Shown here: one piece after another, positions 55,306 through 64,000 of the stretch
Numbering within the stretch: position 1 is the first letter of the stretch
Layout: every line of letters begins with the position of its first letter
Source of the DNA: an uncultured Chloroflexia bacterium
Lineage (GTDB): Bacteria > Chloroflexota > Anaerolineae > Anaerolineales > UBA4823
NCBI GenBank assembly: GCA_963774935.1
Contig: CAVZGO010000002.1
Span: 137,865-201,864, forward strand
DNA: 64,000 nucleotides
Reading direction: 5' to 3'
The notes under the pieces: generated by a model
Seen by the model: the letters and a program-made list of their open reading frames with translations, nothing else
What the model was told of the DNA's origin: nothing
Databases searched by the model: none
Position numbers and translations under genes: made by a program

Positions 55306-57381
55306 ATGTTAGAGTATGCGCACCAACAACTGGAGGTTGCTGTGCCCCCCGAACAAACTGCAAAAAATCTACCAAATCTCACCTATCTGCCGCAGTATGC
55401 TGAAACGTGGATTGTTGCACTGCGAGAACCGGTCATCTGGATGGAGGAGAATGAGAGATTTCACCGCCCTTTCCTGGCTTTGATCGTAATTAATGGACCG
55501 GATACAGTGATTGGCTCCGAAATATATGATCATCGTCCCAACGCTCAAGAGATACAATCACTGATCTGGCGGGCGATGCGCAAGCCGGCTAAGGAATTGC
55601 TCCAGCAGCCTCACCGCCCAGAGCGGGTGGAGTTCGAGCAAGCCGATCTGTCCCAGGCTCTGATGCAGCCGCTGGAGCAGGCAGGAATCAAAGCCGGCGT
55701 GTGCCCTGTAAATGCACAGGTAGACAAAATATTAACCAAACTGGAGAAGGATCTCGGCGACGAGGATGAACGCCCAGGTTTATTAAGTGTTGCGGGTGTC
55801 ACCCAGGACCTGGTGGGCAGATTGTTTGCTACAGCGGCTGAATACTACCATAGCGAAGCGTGGATCTACCTGAGCGACGAGCAGCCGCTTGCCTTTGAGC
55901 TGCTCCCCGTCGGGAAGAAGGGTTTTGTGCAGTTGATGGGACAAGGGGGGCTCGAATATGGCCTGATCATCTATGATACCTGGGATGATGTGATGAAAAC
56001 CCTGCTCAGCGCCGGCGATCCGTTGATGAGTATTCCACCAGGGGGATGGATCGCGTTATCCTATGCCAGTCCTGAGCTGCTCAGCGTGGATGATGTACGG
56101 GCGATAGAAAAATATGGATGGAAAGTCGCCGGCACGCTGGCTTATCCGCTGGTGGCTGTGATGCATGCCGATGGCAGGGTGGAACTACCCAGTCTGGACA
56201 ACCTGCACGTGTTCCTGGCGCTGCTGCAGGCAATTCCTCAATTTACAGCCAAGCTTCAACCAGATTATGAAGGCGATTATCTGGCTTTAGAAAGCAGCTT
56301 TCAAGTAATAATGGAAAGTGGCGCTGGTGAGATCCGCCTGGCGTATCCGGCAGGAGATTTACGCCGCGAGGCTTTGCCGGCGGCGCTGCCAGCTATGATC
56401 CCGCTAGATGAAGGTGACAATGAAGCGGATTTAGGGGATGAAGCGGAGTGGACAGCAGATGGAGACCGGGAAGAATACGTAGATGCGGAAGACGACGAAA
56501 TAGAGTTTGGCTTGAGTGATTTCTTACGTATCGAAGAAGGACGCCTGGCTATGGAGGATGGCAATCTGGAAAACGCTTATCCCGATTCTAACCTGCGTGC
56601 AGCCCAGGCGATAATGTACCGCGCCTGGAAAGAGCCCAATCCTGAACAGCGCCTTTTGCTGGCCAGGGAGGCTTTACAGCTCTCCCCACTCTGCGCGGAT
56701 GCCTATGTGTTGATGGGTGAAGAAGTCGCGGTAAACCTGGGCCAGGCATACAAATATTTTCAAAAAGGGGTGACTGCTGGGCAGCAAGTCCTCGGAGATG
56801 AATTCTTTACCAATAAAACCGGTTTTTTCGGCGAGTACCTGGCTGCCCAGCCTTACCTGCGTGCCCGTGCCGGACTGGCGGAAGTACTGGCTGACCTGCA
56901 TCGTTATGATGAAGCAGTTGAGAACTACCAGGCATTATTACGACTGGATGAAAATGACAGGATTGGAAATCGTTACCCACTACTGCAAATCCTTATCCAC
57001 CTCAAGCGCGACATTGAAGCCCAGGATCTGCTGATGAGATTTACAACTTCGCCCGATATTCTGTGGCTATATCATGCTGCGCTGGTAGCGTTTCGCCTGG
57101 AGGGCAGATCAGATCTTGCGGATGAAAGTCTGGAGCTTGCCCGCAGAGCAAATCCTTATGTACCTGACTACATCACCGGACGCAAGCGCCTTCCCACTGA
57201 GTTGCCCTACCTGACCAAACCGGGCAGTCAAGAGGAGGCTGTTGAGTATGTTGCCTACTCCATTGCCGATTGGAAACAAACTCAAGGTGCCATCGAGTGG
57301 CTCAGGGCAACTACCCATAAGAGCACTGCCACAGCAAAAAAACAAACTCAGCATAAACCACACCAACGTAGACGAAAGTAA
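55306..57381 (+). CDS. large TPR-repeat-containing protein of unknown function
   Basis: 691-aa ORF. The C-terminal third has TPR-like helices (AQAIMYRAWKEPNPEQRLLLAREALQLSPLCADAYVLMGE...YDEAVENYQALLRLDEND). Acidic linker. Basic C-terminal tail. Confidence 0.6.
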   Translation: MLEYAHQQLEVAVPPEQTAKNLPNLTYLPQYAETWIVALREPVIWMEENERFHRPFLALIVINGPDTVIGSEIYDHRPNAQEIQSLIWRAMRKPAKELLQQPHRPERVEFEQADLSQALMQPLEQAGIKAGVCPVNAQVDKILTKLEKDLGDEDERPGLLSVAGVTQDLVGRLFATAAEYYHSEAWIYLSDEQPLAFELLPVGKKGFVQLMGQGGLEYGLIIYDTWDDVMKTLLSAGDPLMSIPPGGWIALSYASPELLSVDDVRAIEKYGWKVAGTLAYPLVAVMHADGRVELPSLDNLHVFLALLQAIPQFTAKLQPDYEGDYLALESSFQVIMESGAGEIRLAYPAGDLRREALPAALPAMIPLDEGDNEADLGDEAEWTADGDREEYVDAEDDEIEFGLSDFLRIEEGRLAMEDGNLENAYPDSNLRAAQAIMYRAWKEPNPEQRLLLAREALQLSPLCADAYVLMGEEVAVNLGQAYKYFQKGVTAGQQVLGDEFFTNKTGFFGEYLAAQPYLRARAGLAEVLADLHRYDEAVENYQALLRLDENDRIGNRYPLLQILIHLKRDIEAQDLLMRFTTSPDILWLYHAALVAFRLEGRSDLADESLELARRANPYVPDYITGRKRLPTELPYLTKPGSQEEAVEYVAYSIADWKQTQGAIEWLRATTHKSTATAKKQTQHKPHQRRRK

Positions 57382-58370
57382 CCAACGACGCTCCACAGAT
57401 GACTGATCGGCGAGTACTTTTCACTGCGCTCCGTCGAGCTATCTCGCTTGGGTTGATTTTTCTATTCATCGAGTTCTTCGATGAATTAATCTACGGCGTG
57501 CAGACGGCTGCCTTACCCCAAATCCGCCTGGATCTCGACCTGACTTATGCTCAGATCGGACTGCTCTTAGGGCTGCCGAACATGATCAGCCTCTTTATCG
57601 AGCCGGTATTGATGCTGTTAGGGGACACAAAACTGCGAAAACGACTTGTGTTGGGCGGCGGGTTGGCGATTTTGATATCGGTGCTGCTCACAGCTAATGC
57701 CAGCAGCTTTGGCATGTTATTGGCAGCCTTCATCCTTTTCTATCCAGCCAGCGGCGCTTTCGTCAGCCTCTCGCAAGCGACTTTAATGGACCTGAATCCA
57801 GGGCGTGAGCACCAGACCATGGCACGCTGGACGGTCTATGGGTCGGTGGGCAACCTGCTGGGTCCGGCGCTCCTGGCTGGGATATTTGCCCTCGGTATGA
57901 GCTGGCGCTCGGCTTATTGGGTAATGGCAGGGCTGGGCTTATTATTGGTCCTTGCCCTCCTCCCACGCCCCTTCCCTCGCCATCCGCAAGCCAGCATCGA
58001 GGCTGCATCTGGGCACTTGCCTCCAGGATCGGGGATGTCCACATATCTGCAAACCATCCAGATTAACCTTCGCCAGGCGCTGACCAACCGGAGCTTGCTG
58101 GGATGGGTTGGCCTGGTATCCATCGCCGACCTCCTGCTGGATATATTTCTTTCTTACTCGGTGCTCTATTTTGCAGACGTCGTTGGGCTGCCCCCTGCCC
58201 AAACCAGCCTGGTTCTGACGGCACTGATGATTGCCAGCCTGGCGGCTGACTTGCTGCTCATTCCGCTGCTGGAGCGCTTCCCTGGGCGCCAGGTGGTGCG
58301 CGTATCAGCAGCCGCGGCACTGGTGGTTTACCCGGCATTTTTGCTGGTGCCCTGGATTTGGGTAAAAATA

Positions 58371-59161
58371 GGGAGTGGCTAAGATAATGGGCCAATGAAA
58401 TCCTTGATATGAGCTGGGTAGTCAGGGAACAACTGTTTATGAAGTTGCCGCCTGTTGTAACAGTAAATAAACAGGCGTAAGGCACATTCAAGGGCGTGGG
58501 GACAGCGAGAGAAACATCGGGAGGATCTTGCCAGGCGAGCCAGGTAGTGGCGCAGCTCGGCGTTGTCACCTTCCACAGAATAGGTATCAGTTTTACCTTC
58601 GGAAACTTCATAACGACCATAGTGATACCACAAGCGATCGTAAGCATCAAAAGCATCGCTGAAATACTGTTTGGCCTTTGGTGCTTTGTCGACCATCCCC
58701 TGAATATCTTGTTGTGTGCGCTCCCAGACAACTTTGCAACTCAAGTAGCAGCGTGTTTGGCGGTCTACGATCGTGATGATGTAAATCCTGTTTTTTTCTT
58801 GCCGATAAAGGTGAATAACTCATCCATTTCGGCGGTCTTGACGTCTTTAGGTACTGGCGCTTCGGGTAAATTAGCCGCACTCGCTTTGACCCATAACGAC
58901 ACGGTGCGATGGTGGATACCTAGATGGCGACCGATCCGGCGTAAATTCATGCCATCCACGTATAGCTGTAGCGCTTGTTTTCGCACTTCGTCGGGATAAC
59001 CATGCTGTTTTGGTTCTGGCGTATACTTGTGACCGCAGTGCATGCACTTGTATCTTTGTGATCCTGATTGCGTTTCGCCAGCTCGATTTTGGCGTGTGGT
59101 TTGGTGACAGTGTGGGCATGTTTGCATGGTATGATTTTACCCCATAAATTTAGCCACTCCC
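58371..59161 (-). mobile_element. IS1-family insertion sequence (791 bp) with imperfect terminal inverted repeats and 8-bp target-site duplication
   Basis: Ends gggagtggctaa (58371-58382) and ttagccactccc (59150-59161) are reverse complements, extending imperfectly to about 21 bp. The direct repeat taaaaata is at 58363-58370 and 59162-59169. insA/insB architecture inside. Confidence 0.85.
58379..59127 (-). CDS. IS1-family transposase InsAB' (insA 58765..59127; insB frame 58379..about 58797; -1 frameshift needed)
   Basis: InsA has a zinc finger (CPHCHQ...CMHCGHKY) and an HTH (MNLRRIGRHLGIHHRTVSLWVK). An A7 run on the coding strand (58791-58797) links ...FIGKKK to the -1 frame NRIYIITIVDRQTRCYLSCKVVWERTQ..., as in IS1 programmed frameshifting. 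Confidence 0.8.
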
Positions 59162-59454
59162 TAAAAATAATCCTCGTCATCGCCATCCGCTTCACGACCC
59201 TTGGGTGGTACCCGGTGCTGAAGGGTGAGACCTATGCAGCCGCGCCGGGTCGTTCCGGCACAGTGGAAGCGGTCAACTCGCTGGGTGGTCTGGTCAGTGG
59301 CGCGTTAGCCTGGATCGTTGGCATGGCAGCCAGTCAGTTTGGGTTATCTGCGGCGATGTGGCTGCTGATGGCAGCACCTGTCACGTTGATCCTGGGGGTC
59401 CCCAAGGCTATCCCGGCTCCGGAGTTTCATTAACGGCATCTTGAGACCGTGCTG

Positions 59455-59483
59455 TTGTAACATTTCTGTTTTTCGGGTATGAT
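59455..59483 (+). promoter_or_regulatory. putative sigma70-type promoter of the fumarase genes
   Basis: TTGTAA (59455-59460), 17-nt spacer, TATGAT (59478-59483), about 50 nt before the fumarase alpha start. Pattern match only. Confidence 0.3.
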
Positions 59484-59530
59484 AACCTGAACATTTACCT
59501 GTACTATCGTATCGTATCTCTGGAGGAAAA

Positions 59531-60403
59531 ATGGTTGATCTCACCGAACAGATCCTGGAACTAATCCGGCGCACCTCCACTGACCTGCCTCAAGACGTAG
59601 AGAACGCCATTCGAGAAGCCTATAACCGCGAGATAGATGGTTCAGCCGCCAAAGGCGCACTTGACACCATCCTGCAGAATATCGAAATATCACGCCAGAA
59701 TTCCACCCCCATCTGCCAGGATACCGGCACGCCGATCTTTTACGTGACCTACCCGGTAGGCTGGAGCACCCGCCAATTGCGCGCCCAGATTGAGCAAGCT
59801 GTGACCCAGGCTACCGAAAAATCCTATCTGCGCCCCAACTCGGTTGAGACTCTATATGACCGAAACACCGGCGGGAATGTGGGCGACCATTACTTCCCAA
59901 CCATCCACTTTGAAGAGGGCGAGGATGAAACTTTGAGGATTGAGCTGATGCTCAAGGGGGGTGGTTGTGAAAATGTTGGCGCCCAGTATTCCTTACCATA
60001 TTCTTCCCTGGGCGCCGGGCGCGACCTGGCTGGCGTGCGGAAAGTTGTTCTGGATGCAGTTCATAAAGCACAAGGTTATGGCTGCGCTCCGGGAATTTTA
60101 GGGGTTGCAATTGGCGGCGACCGCGGTTCCTCCTACGCGGCATCCAAAGAAGTGCTCCTGCGTAAACTCGACGACACGCATTCCGACCCGAAGCTTGAAG
60201 GACTGGAGCAACGCATTACTGAAGAAGCCAACCAGCTCGGAATTGGTGCAATGGGCTTTGGCGGAAAGACAACCTTGCTAGGCACGAAAATGACCAGCTT
60301 ACACCGCCTGCCGGCAAGCTACTTTGTGACTGTTTCTTATATGTGCTGGGCTTACCGACGGCGCTCGATGACTTTTGCTAACGGAGAAGTCGCATACGAC
60401 TGA
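59531..60403 (+). CDS. class I (Fe-S) fumarate/tartrate hydratase, alpha subunit
   Basis: PICQDTGTPIFYV, LRPNSV, KGGGCENVGAQY and GCAPGILGVAIGGDR are typical of the Fe-S hydro-lyase alpha type. Confidence 0.9.
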   Translation: MVDLTEQILELIRRTSTDLPQDVENAIREAYNREIDGSAAKGALDTILQNIEISRQNSTPICQDTGTPIFYVTYPVGWSTRQLRAQIEQAVTQATEKSYLRPNSVETLYDRNTGGNVGDHYFPTIHFEEGEDETLRIELMLKGGGCENVGAQYSLPYSSLGAGRDLAGVRKVVLDAVHKAQGYGCAPGILGVAIGGDRGSSYAASKEVLLRKLDDTHSDPKLEGLEQRITEEANQLGIGAMGFGGKTTLLGTKMTSLHRLPASYFVTVSYMCWAYRRRSMTFANGEVAYD

Positions 60404-60441
60404 GATCACCCCAGGTGCTTCATAAGATTTTTGGAGGCTAA

Positions 60442-61065
60442 ATGAAGAACTTACAAATGCCATTCAACGAGACTACCATTCGCAGCCTGCGTGTGGGTGA
60501 TCCGGTTACTTTAAATGGGGTGATCATTACCGGTCGTGATGCTGTACATAAGTGGCTGATTGAGACTTTCATCCAGCAAACACGTCCACCGCAGGGTGAC
60601 GATCTGGAAGTTTACGAATCCATCCTACCTTTACTTCGAGACCACGCCATCTATCACTGCGGACCGGTGGTTTCAGGATTGGATACCAAGGATTATCGCT
60701 TTGTGGCGGCTGGACCGACGACAAGCTCTCGTGAGGAGCCATACCAGGGAGATGTTATGCGCCACTTCCAGGTGCGCGGCGTGATCGGGAAAGGGGGAAT
60801 GGGCGCGAAGACCCTGGCTGCCTGCCAGGAAGTTGGCGGAGTATACTTCCATGCCATTGGTGGTGCTGCTTCACTGATTGCCAAGACAGTGAAACGCGTC
60901 GTGGGGGTTTACAAACTGGAATTTGGCGTCCCGGAAGCCATGTGGGTGGTCGAAGTGGATGCCTTCCCTGCCGTAGTCACCATGGATTCGCACGGCGGCA
61001 GCCTGCACGCAATAATCGCTCAGGAATCAGGTGCAATATTAGATGACCTGCTATCAAAGTCCTGA
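60442..61065 (+). CDS. class I (Fe-S) fumarate/tartrate hydratase, beta subunit
   Basis: LRVGDPVTLNGVIITGRDAVHK, YHCGPVV, AAGPTTSSREE and VIGKGGMG. Confidence 0.9.
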   Translation: MKNLQMPFNETTIRSLRVGDPVTLNGVIITGRDAVHKWLIETFIQQTRPPQGDDLEVYESILPLLRDHAIYHCGPVVSGLDTKDYRFVAAGPTTSSREEPYQGDVMRHFQVRGVIGKGGMGAKTLAACQEVGGVYFHAIGGAASLIAKTVKRVVGVYKLEFGVPEAMWVVEVDAFPAVVTMDSHGGSLHAIIAQESGAILDDLLSKS

Positions 61066-61847
61066 TCTTCGACCAAAGCCAGGTAAACCCAGGGCAGCAT
61101 AGCAAAGAATCCCGCCAGCGCCGGACCTTTCAGACCGTTTTGCAGCGCATCCACAATATTACTCACGCCAGCCATTGCATAGGAATAAACCGGTAAGCGC
61201 GCAAAGGCTGGATCAACCTTGCGTGCTGTGAGTACATCGTCTAGATGATGCCATAACCGCCGCCTAAGAAGATTGAACAACGACAAAATCAGGAACGCGG
61301 TCAACCACCAGCCCGCAAAATTATGCAGCGGGACTCCAAAAAAGTCACCCGGCTTTTCCCAGACCCAGTGTTGTGCATTGTTCATCAGGGGATCCAGCAC
61401 AAGGTCCCAGGCTGTCATAACCAGCGCACCTATGGCGGCAGTACCTACATCCGCTCGCCAGCCGCGCCACCAGCCCTGGCTCACACGCCTGGCAATGACC
61501 CAGGAAGGATAAATCATCATCAGCCATGCCAGCGGGATGAGGTATGGCACCAGCCCAAGGAACATGGGTCCTAAACGGTTCGTATAATGATAAGGACCAT
61601 AAATCAAACCAGTGGCAACCCCCAGGCTTTCCATGCCCAGGCTGATACACAGGCTTAATCCAGCCAGAAGTAAGATTTGCCCCCAACCTAATAATTGCGA
61701 TCCATGTGCAAATGTGAAGGCAATGGCTGCCAGAATCATCAAGCCATCTGCCTGGGGCGGGATATCCAACCCCATGAAGCTGCTGAGACCAAAAAAAGCC
61801 GCCAGAGCCAGGTAAAAATAAAACGATATCCAGGTCAGGCGGCGCAT
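61020..61847 (-). CDS. DUF422 / carotenoid-biosynthesis-protein-family integral membrane protein
   Basis: 275 aa, multi-TM. GLIYGPYHYTNRLGPMFLGLVPYLIPLAWLMMIYP and AWDLVLDPLMNN..HWVWE...FFGVPLHNFAGWW match the DUF422 (CruF-like) pattern. The 3' end overlaps the fumarase beta gene by 46 nt. Confidence 0.65.
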   Translation of the reverse strand: MRRLTWISFYFYLALAAFFGLSSFMGLDIPPQADGLMILAAIAFTFAHGSQLLGWGQILLLAGLSLCISLGMESLGVATGLIYGPYHYTNRLGPMFLGLVPYLIPLAWLMMIYPSWVIARRVSQGWWRGWRADVGTAAIGALVMTAWDLVLDPLMNNAQHWVWEKPGDFFGVPLHNFAGWWLTAFLILSLFNLLRRRLWHHLDDVLTARKVDPAFARLPVYSYAMAGVSNIVDALQNGLKGPALAGFFAMLPWVYLALVEDQDFDSRSSNIAPDS

Positions 61848-61851
61848 TGCA

Positions 61852-62037
61852 TTATTCTGTTAATGTGGTTGAACTTGCTTCTTGCTCCAGGATCTGCAGC
61901 TCTTGCATCAGGTTATGCTGGCGGATCACCATGCTGAGGATATACAAGAGGATTACGCCAAAAATTACGGCATAACCGGCGATCATATAACTGGTAGTAT
62001 TGGCAGGTGCACTTTGAAATAACATCATTTCCTCCAC
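61852..62037 (-). CDS. ccmD: CcmD-like small membrane protein (heme exporter subunit D, alternative family)
   Basis: 61-aa ORF immediately after ccmC. Single TM helix YMIAGYAVIFGVILLYILSMVIRQ followed by a charged tail, as in CcmD. Start uncertain. Confidence 0.55.
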   Translation of the reverse strand: MEEMMLFQSAPANTTSYMIAGYAVIFGVILLYILSMVIRQHNLMQELQILEQEASSTTLTE

Positions 62038-62043
62038 CGGTAA

Positions 62044-62742
62044 TTATCCCATCACCTTCATCTTCAATTGTTCCACACGATCCGAAAGCCGACCTAAGCG
62101 GTAACGGTGCCAGAGCAAGTCGACAAAGAAGATGCTGAAGGTGAGCAGGCTGAATAAAAAGGTCTGCAGCATTTTTGGTGTCATATCAAAGCCGCCTTCC
62201 GCGCCAGGCTGGTTGGTGCCCACCACGATCGGGTGGATGGTGCGAAACAGTCGGGCTGACATGAACGTCAAAGGCACACTGATGACACCGATAATTGCAT
62301 ACACCGCGCCAAAGCGAGCACGCCGGTTTGGATCATCAATTCCAGCACGCAGCATCAGGTATGCAGAATAGATGAGCAGCATGATCGTGGTGGTGGTCAA
62401 GCGCGGATCCCAGGTCCACCAGGTATTCCAGATCGGGCGCGCCCAAATTGAACCGGTGACGGTAGCGATGAAGGCGAATGCTATGCCGATTTCAACTGCA
62501 GCCAGACCGAGAATATCGAACTTCCGATCAGCGGTAACCAGATAAGCAATGCCCACTCCTGCAGCAACGATGAAGCTCAACATGCCAACCCAGGCTGCAG
62601 CAACGTGAAAGTAGAATACGCGCTGCACATTGCCCATCACGGCTTCCATTGGAGCGTAGAAGAATACCATGCCGATGGCAACCAGCATTAAGATAGCGGT
62701 AATGATATCCAGGATAGTTAATAACAGGGGCTTACGTTCCAT
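62044..62742 (-). CDS. ccmC: heme exporter protein CcmC
   Basis: Trp-rich WWD motif WARPIWNTWWTWDPRLTTT, conserved His residues (FYFHVAAAW) and six TM helices. Confidence 0.9.
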   Translation of the reverse strand: MERKPLLLTILDIITAILMLVAIGMVFFYAPMEAVMGNVQRVFYFHVAAAWVGMLSFIVAAGVGIAYLVTADRKFDILGLAAVEIGIAFAFIATVTGSIWARPIWNTWWTWDPRLTTTTIMLLIYSAYLMLRAGIDDPNRRARFGAVYAIIGVISVPLTFMSARLFRTIHPIVVGTNQPGAEGGFDMTPKMLQTFLFSLLTFSIFFVDLLWHRYRLGRLSDRVEQLKMKVMG

Positions 62743-62775
62743 AAATCCTCCATTGATAAAAATAATCTTGATTAA

Positions 62776-63519
62776 TCATTCTTCCACTACATAATCAAAA
62801 ACCATAAACGAAACAGCAGTGAATACAAGATCATAAACGATCAGCAAATTCAACCAGGGAGAAATTTCGGTCATCTCCAAGCCTTGCAAGAATCCGGTAC
62901 TGGCTTTAACCGCTGCGATAAACAATGGCAGTGCCACTGGAAATAACAGGATCGGCAGCAGGATATCGCGTGTGCGAGTTTGCACCGCCATGCTGGATAA
63001 TAACGTCCCAACGGCGACGTAACCAATCGATCCGAGCAATATCACTGCCAGCAATCCAGGATTGAACAGATTCGTATTATAGAGAATGCTGTAAACCGGC
63101 AGCACGATGATCTCGACAATCAGCATGAAAACCAGGTTGCCAAGCATTTTACCGAAATAGATTGCACTGCGGTCCACCGGAGCCAGGAGCAAGCCATCCA
63201 GGCAGCCGCGATCTTTTTCCATCGCCATCGAGCGGTTCAAGCCCAGGGTACCGGCAAATGCGAAGGTCACCCACAGCACGCCGGAAGTAACTGTGGCACG
63301 TGTCGTGGCATCCAGCTCCAGGGCAAAGTTGAAAATGAAAATCACGAGCAGGGCGAAGACCAGCATCGCCGAAATCACCTCGCGGCTGCGCATTTCAGCC
63401 GCCAGGTCTTTCCAAACCACAGCCCAAACAGCGCGGAGAAACTCCTTGAGCACCGGTGGGCGCTTTGTTTTTACCGGTTGAGCCAATTCTCGACTTGCAT
63501 TTGAATTAGAGGCAGCCAT
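62776..63519 (-). CDS. ccmB: heme exporter protein CcmB
   Basis: 247-aa multi-TM protein between ccmA and ccmC. MEKDRGCLDGLLLAPVDRSAIYFGK matches the CcmB E..GTLE..L..P motif. Confidence 0.85.
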   Translation of the reverse strand: MAASNSNASRELAQPVKTKRPPVLKEFLRAVWAVVWKDLAAEMRSREVISAMLVFALLVIFIFNFALELDATTRATVTSGVLWVTFAFAGTLGLNRSMAMEKDRGCLDGLLLAPVDRSAIYFGKMLGNLVFMLIVEIIVLPVYSILYNTNLFNPGLLAVILLGSIGYVAVGTLLSSMAVQTRTRDILLPILLFPVALPLFIAAVKASTGFLQGLEMTEISPWLNLLIVYDLVFTAVSFMVFDYVVEE

Positions 63520-64000
63520 TTAAGCGCCCCCGCCTTGCAGCGCACGGCGATAAAAGCCCAACAATTGGTCTGGTTCAAGGTCCTGGCGAGAGACTGAAGC
63601 AACGATCTGGCCGCGTGAGAGCACATCGAAGCGGGTAGCCAGGTCTGCCGCCCGAGCCAGATCGTGCGAAGTCATCACCACCGTGCGACCGCGCGCTGCC
63701 ACTTCACGCAGCACGTTATCCAGCATCAGGCAGGCTTCCTGATCCAGGCCAGTGTGCGGCTCGTCAAACAGCATCACATCCGGGTCGTGCAAAACCGCCC
63801 GACCTATCGCCAGGCGCTGCTGCATGCCGCGCGAAAAAGTGCGCACCAGATCACGTCGACGAGCTGATAATCCCACCAACTCCAGAACCTGGCTCACCCG
63901 CTGATCCAGGGCTGGAACCCCATACATGCGGCCGTAAAAACGCAGGTTTTCATCCGCGGTCAGGTCACCATAAAGCAGCGGCAGGTGCGAGACCACGCCC
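63520..64000 (-). CDS. ccmA: heme exporter ATP-binding protein CcmA (5' part outside window)
   Basis: ABC signature FSRGMQQRLAIGRA, Walker B VMLFDEPHTGLD and H-loop MTSHD. The ORF is open to the window end. Confidence 0.85.
   Translation of the reverse strand, partial: GVVSHLPLLYGDLTADENLRFYGRMYGVPALDQRVSQVLELVGLSARRRDLVRTFSRGMQQRLAIGRAVLHDPDVMLFDEPHTGLDQEACLMLDNVLREVAARGRTVVMTSHDLARAADLATRFDVLSRGQIVASVSRQDLEPDQLLGFYRRALQGGGA

Larger units (their letters stand above)
57399..59433 (+). pseudogene. MFS transporter gene split by an IS1-family insertion
   Basis: ORF 57399..58382 (TM-rich, MFS-like) ends VPWIWVKI+GSG*, reading into the IS. ORF 59068..59433 resumes LKIILVIAIRFTTLGWYP.... Removing 58371-59161 and one copy of taaaaata restores an in-frame ...WIWVKIILVIAIRF... 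Confidence 0.8.

Noticed and set aside
1-64000. tRNA, rRNA, tmRNA or other structured RNA genes in intergenic gaps
   Set aside because: All gaps longer than 80 nt were read (7873-8034, 20580-20749, 21992-22076, 39248-39354, 40249-40521, 43200-43484, 55121-55305, 59434-59530). None shows a tRNA T-arm (GGTTCGAAT-like) or acceptor pairing, or rRNA-like sequence. A tRNAscan/Infernal run would confirm this.

Overview
This is a 64-kb chromosomal segment from a moderately GC-rich bacterium. Gene content and the many Pro/Thr-rich linkers in exported proteins suggest a Chloroflexota (Anaerolineae-like) organism, but that is inference only. I support about 55 protein-coding genes and found no rRNA, tRNA or CRISPR array.

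Housekeeping content:
- pyruvate kinase, a class A PBP, rpsF-ssb-rpsR, a parvulin PPIase, smc, rnc and fabF
- moaC plus a moaD-moaE fusion plus a ThrC-like enzyme
- an aroH / DAHP synthase / tyrA operon
- class I fumarase alpha and beta subunits, and ccmABCD

Accessory or unusual content:
- an 11.5-kb glycosyltransferase locus (24.4-35.8 kb) with multi-domain GT4/GT2 proteins and a GT-C-like membrane protein, but no recognisable Wzx/Wzy/ABC exporter
- two tandem DarA/PstA-like c-di-AMP receptor genes and two tandem KimA-like K+ transporter genes
- an ECF sigma / anti-sigma / LuxR cluster, and a CDF transporter with three tandem cytoplasmic domains
- two insertion sequences with intact inverted repeats and target-site duplications: an ISAs1-family element next to the rpsF promoter, and an IS1-family element splitting an MFS transporter gene

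Two observations deserve most attention:
1. A 29-codon upstream ORF containing Tyr-Tyr-Tyr, Phe and Trp is followed by a strong intrinsic terminator directly in front of the aromatic amino acid operon. This is a candidate leader-peptide attenuator.
2. Five otherwise intact conserved genes (pyk, a GH63-like hydrolase, tyrA, a saccharopine-dehydrogenase-like gene and one kimA paralog) are each broken by a frame change in the same +1 direction. This indicates either systematic assembly indels or ongoing pseudogenisation.

All functional calls rest on motif recognition in the translated ORFs, with no database search.
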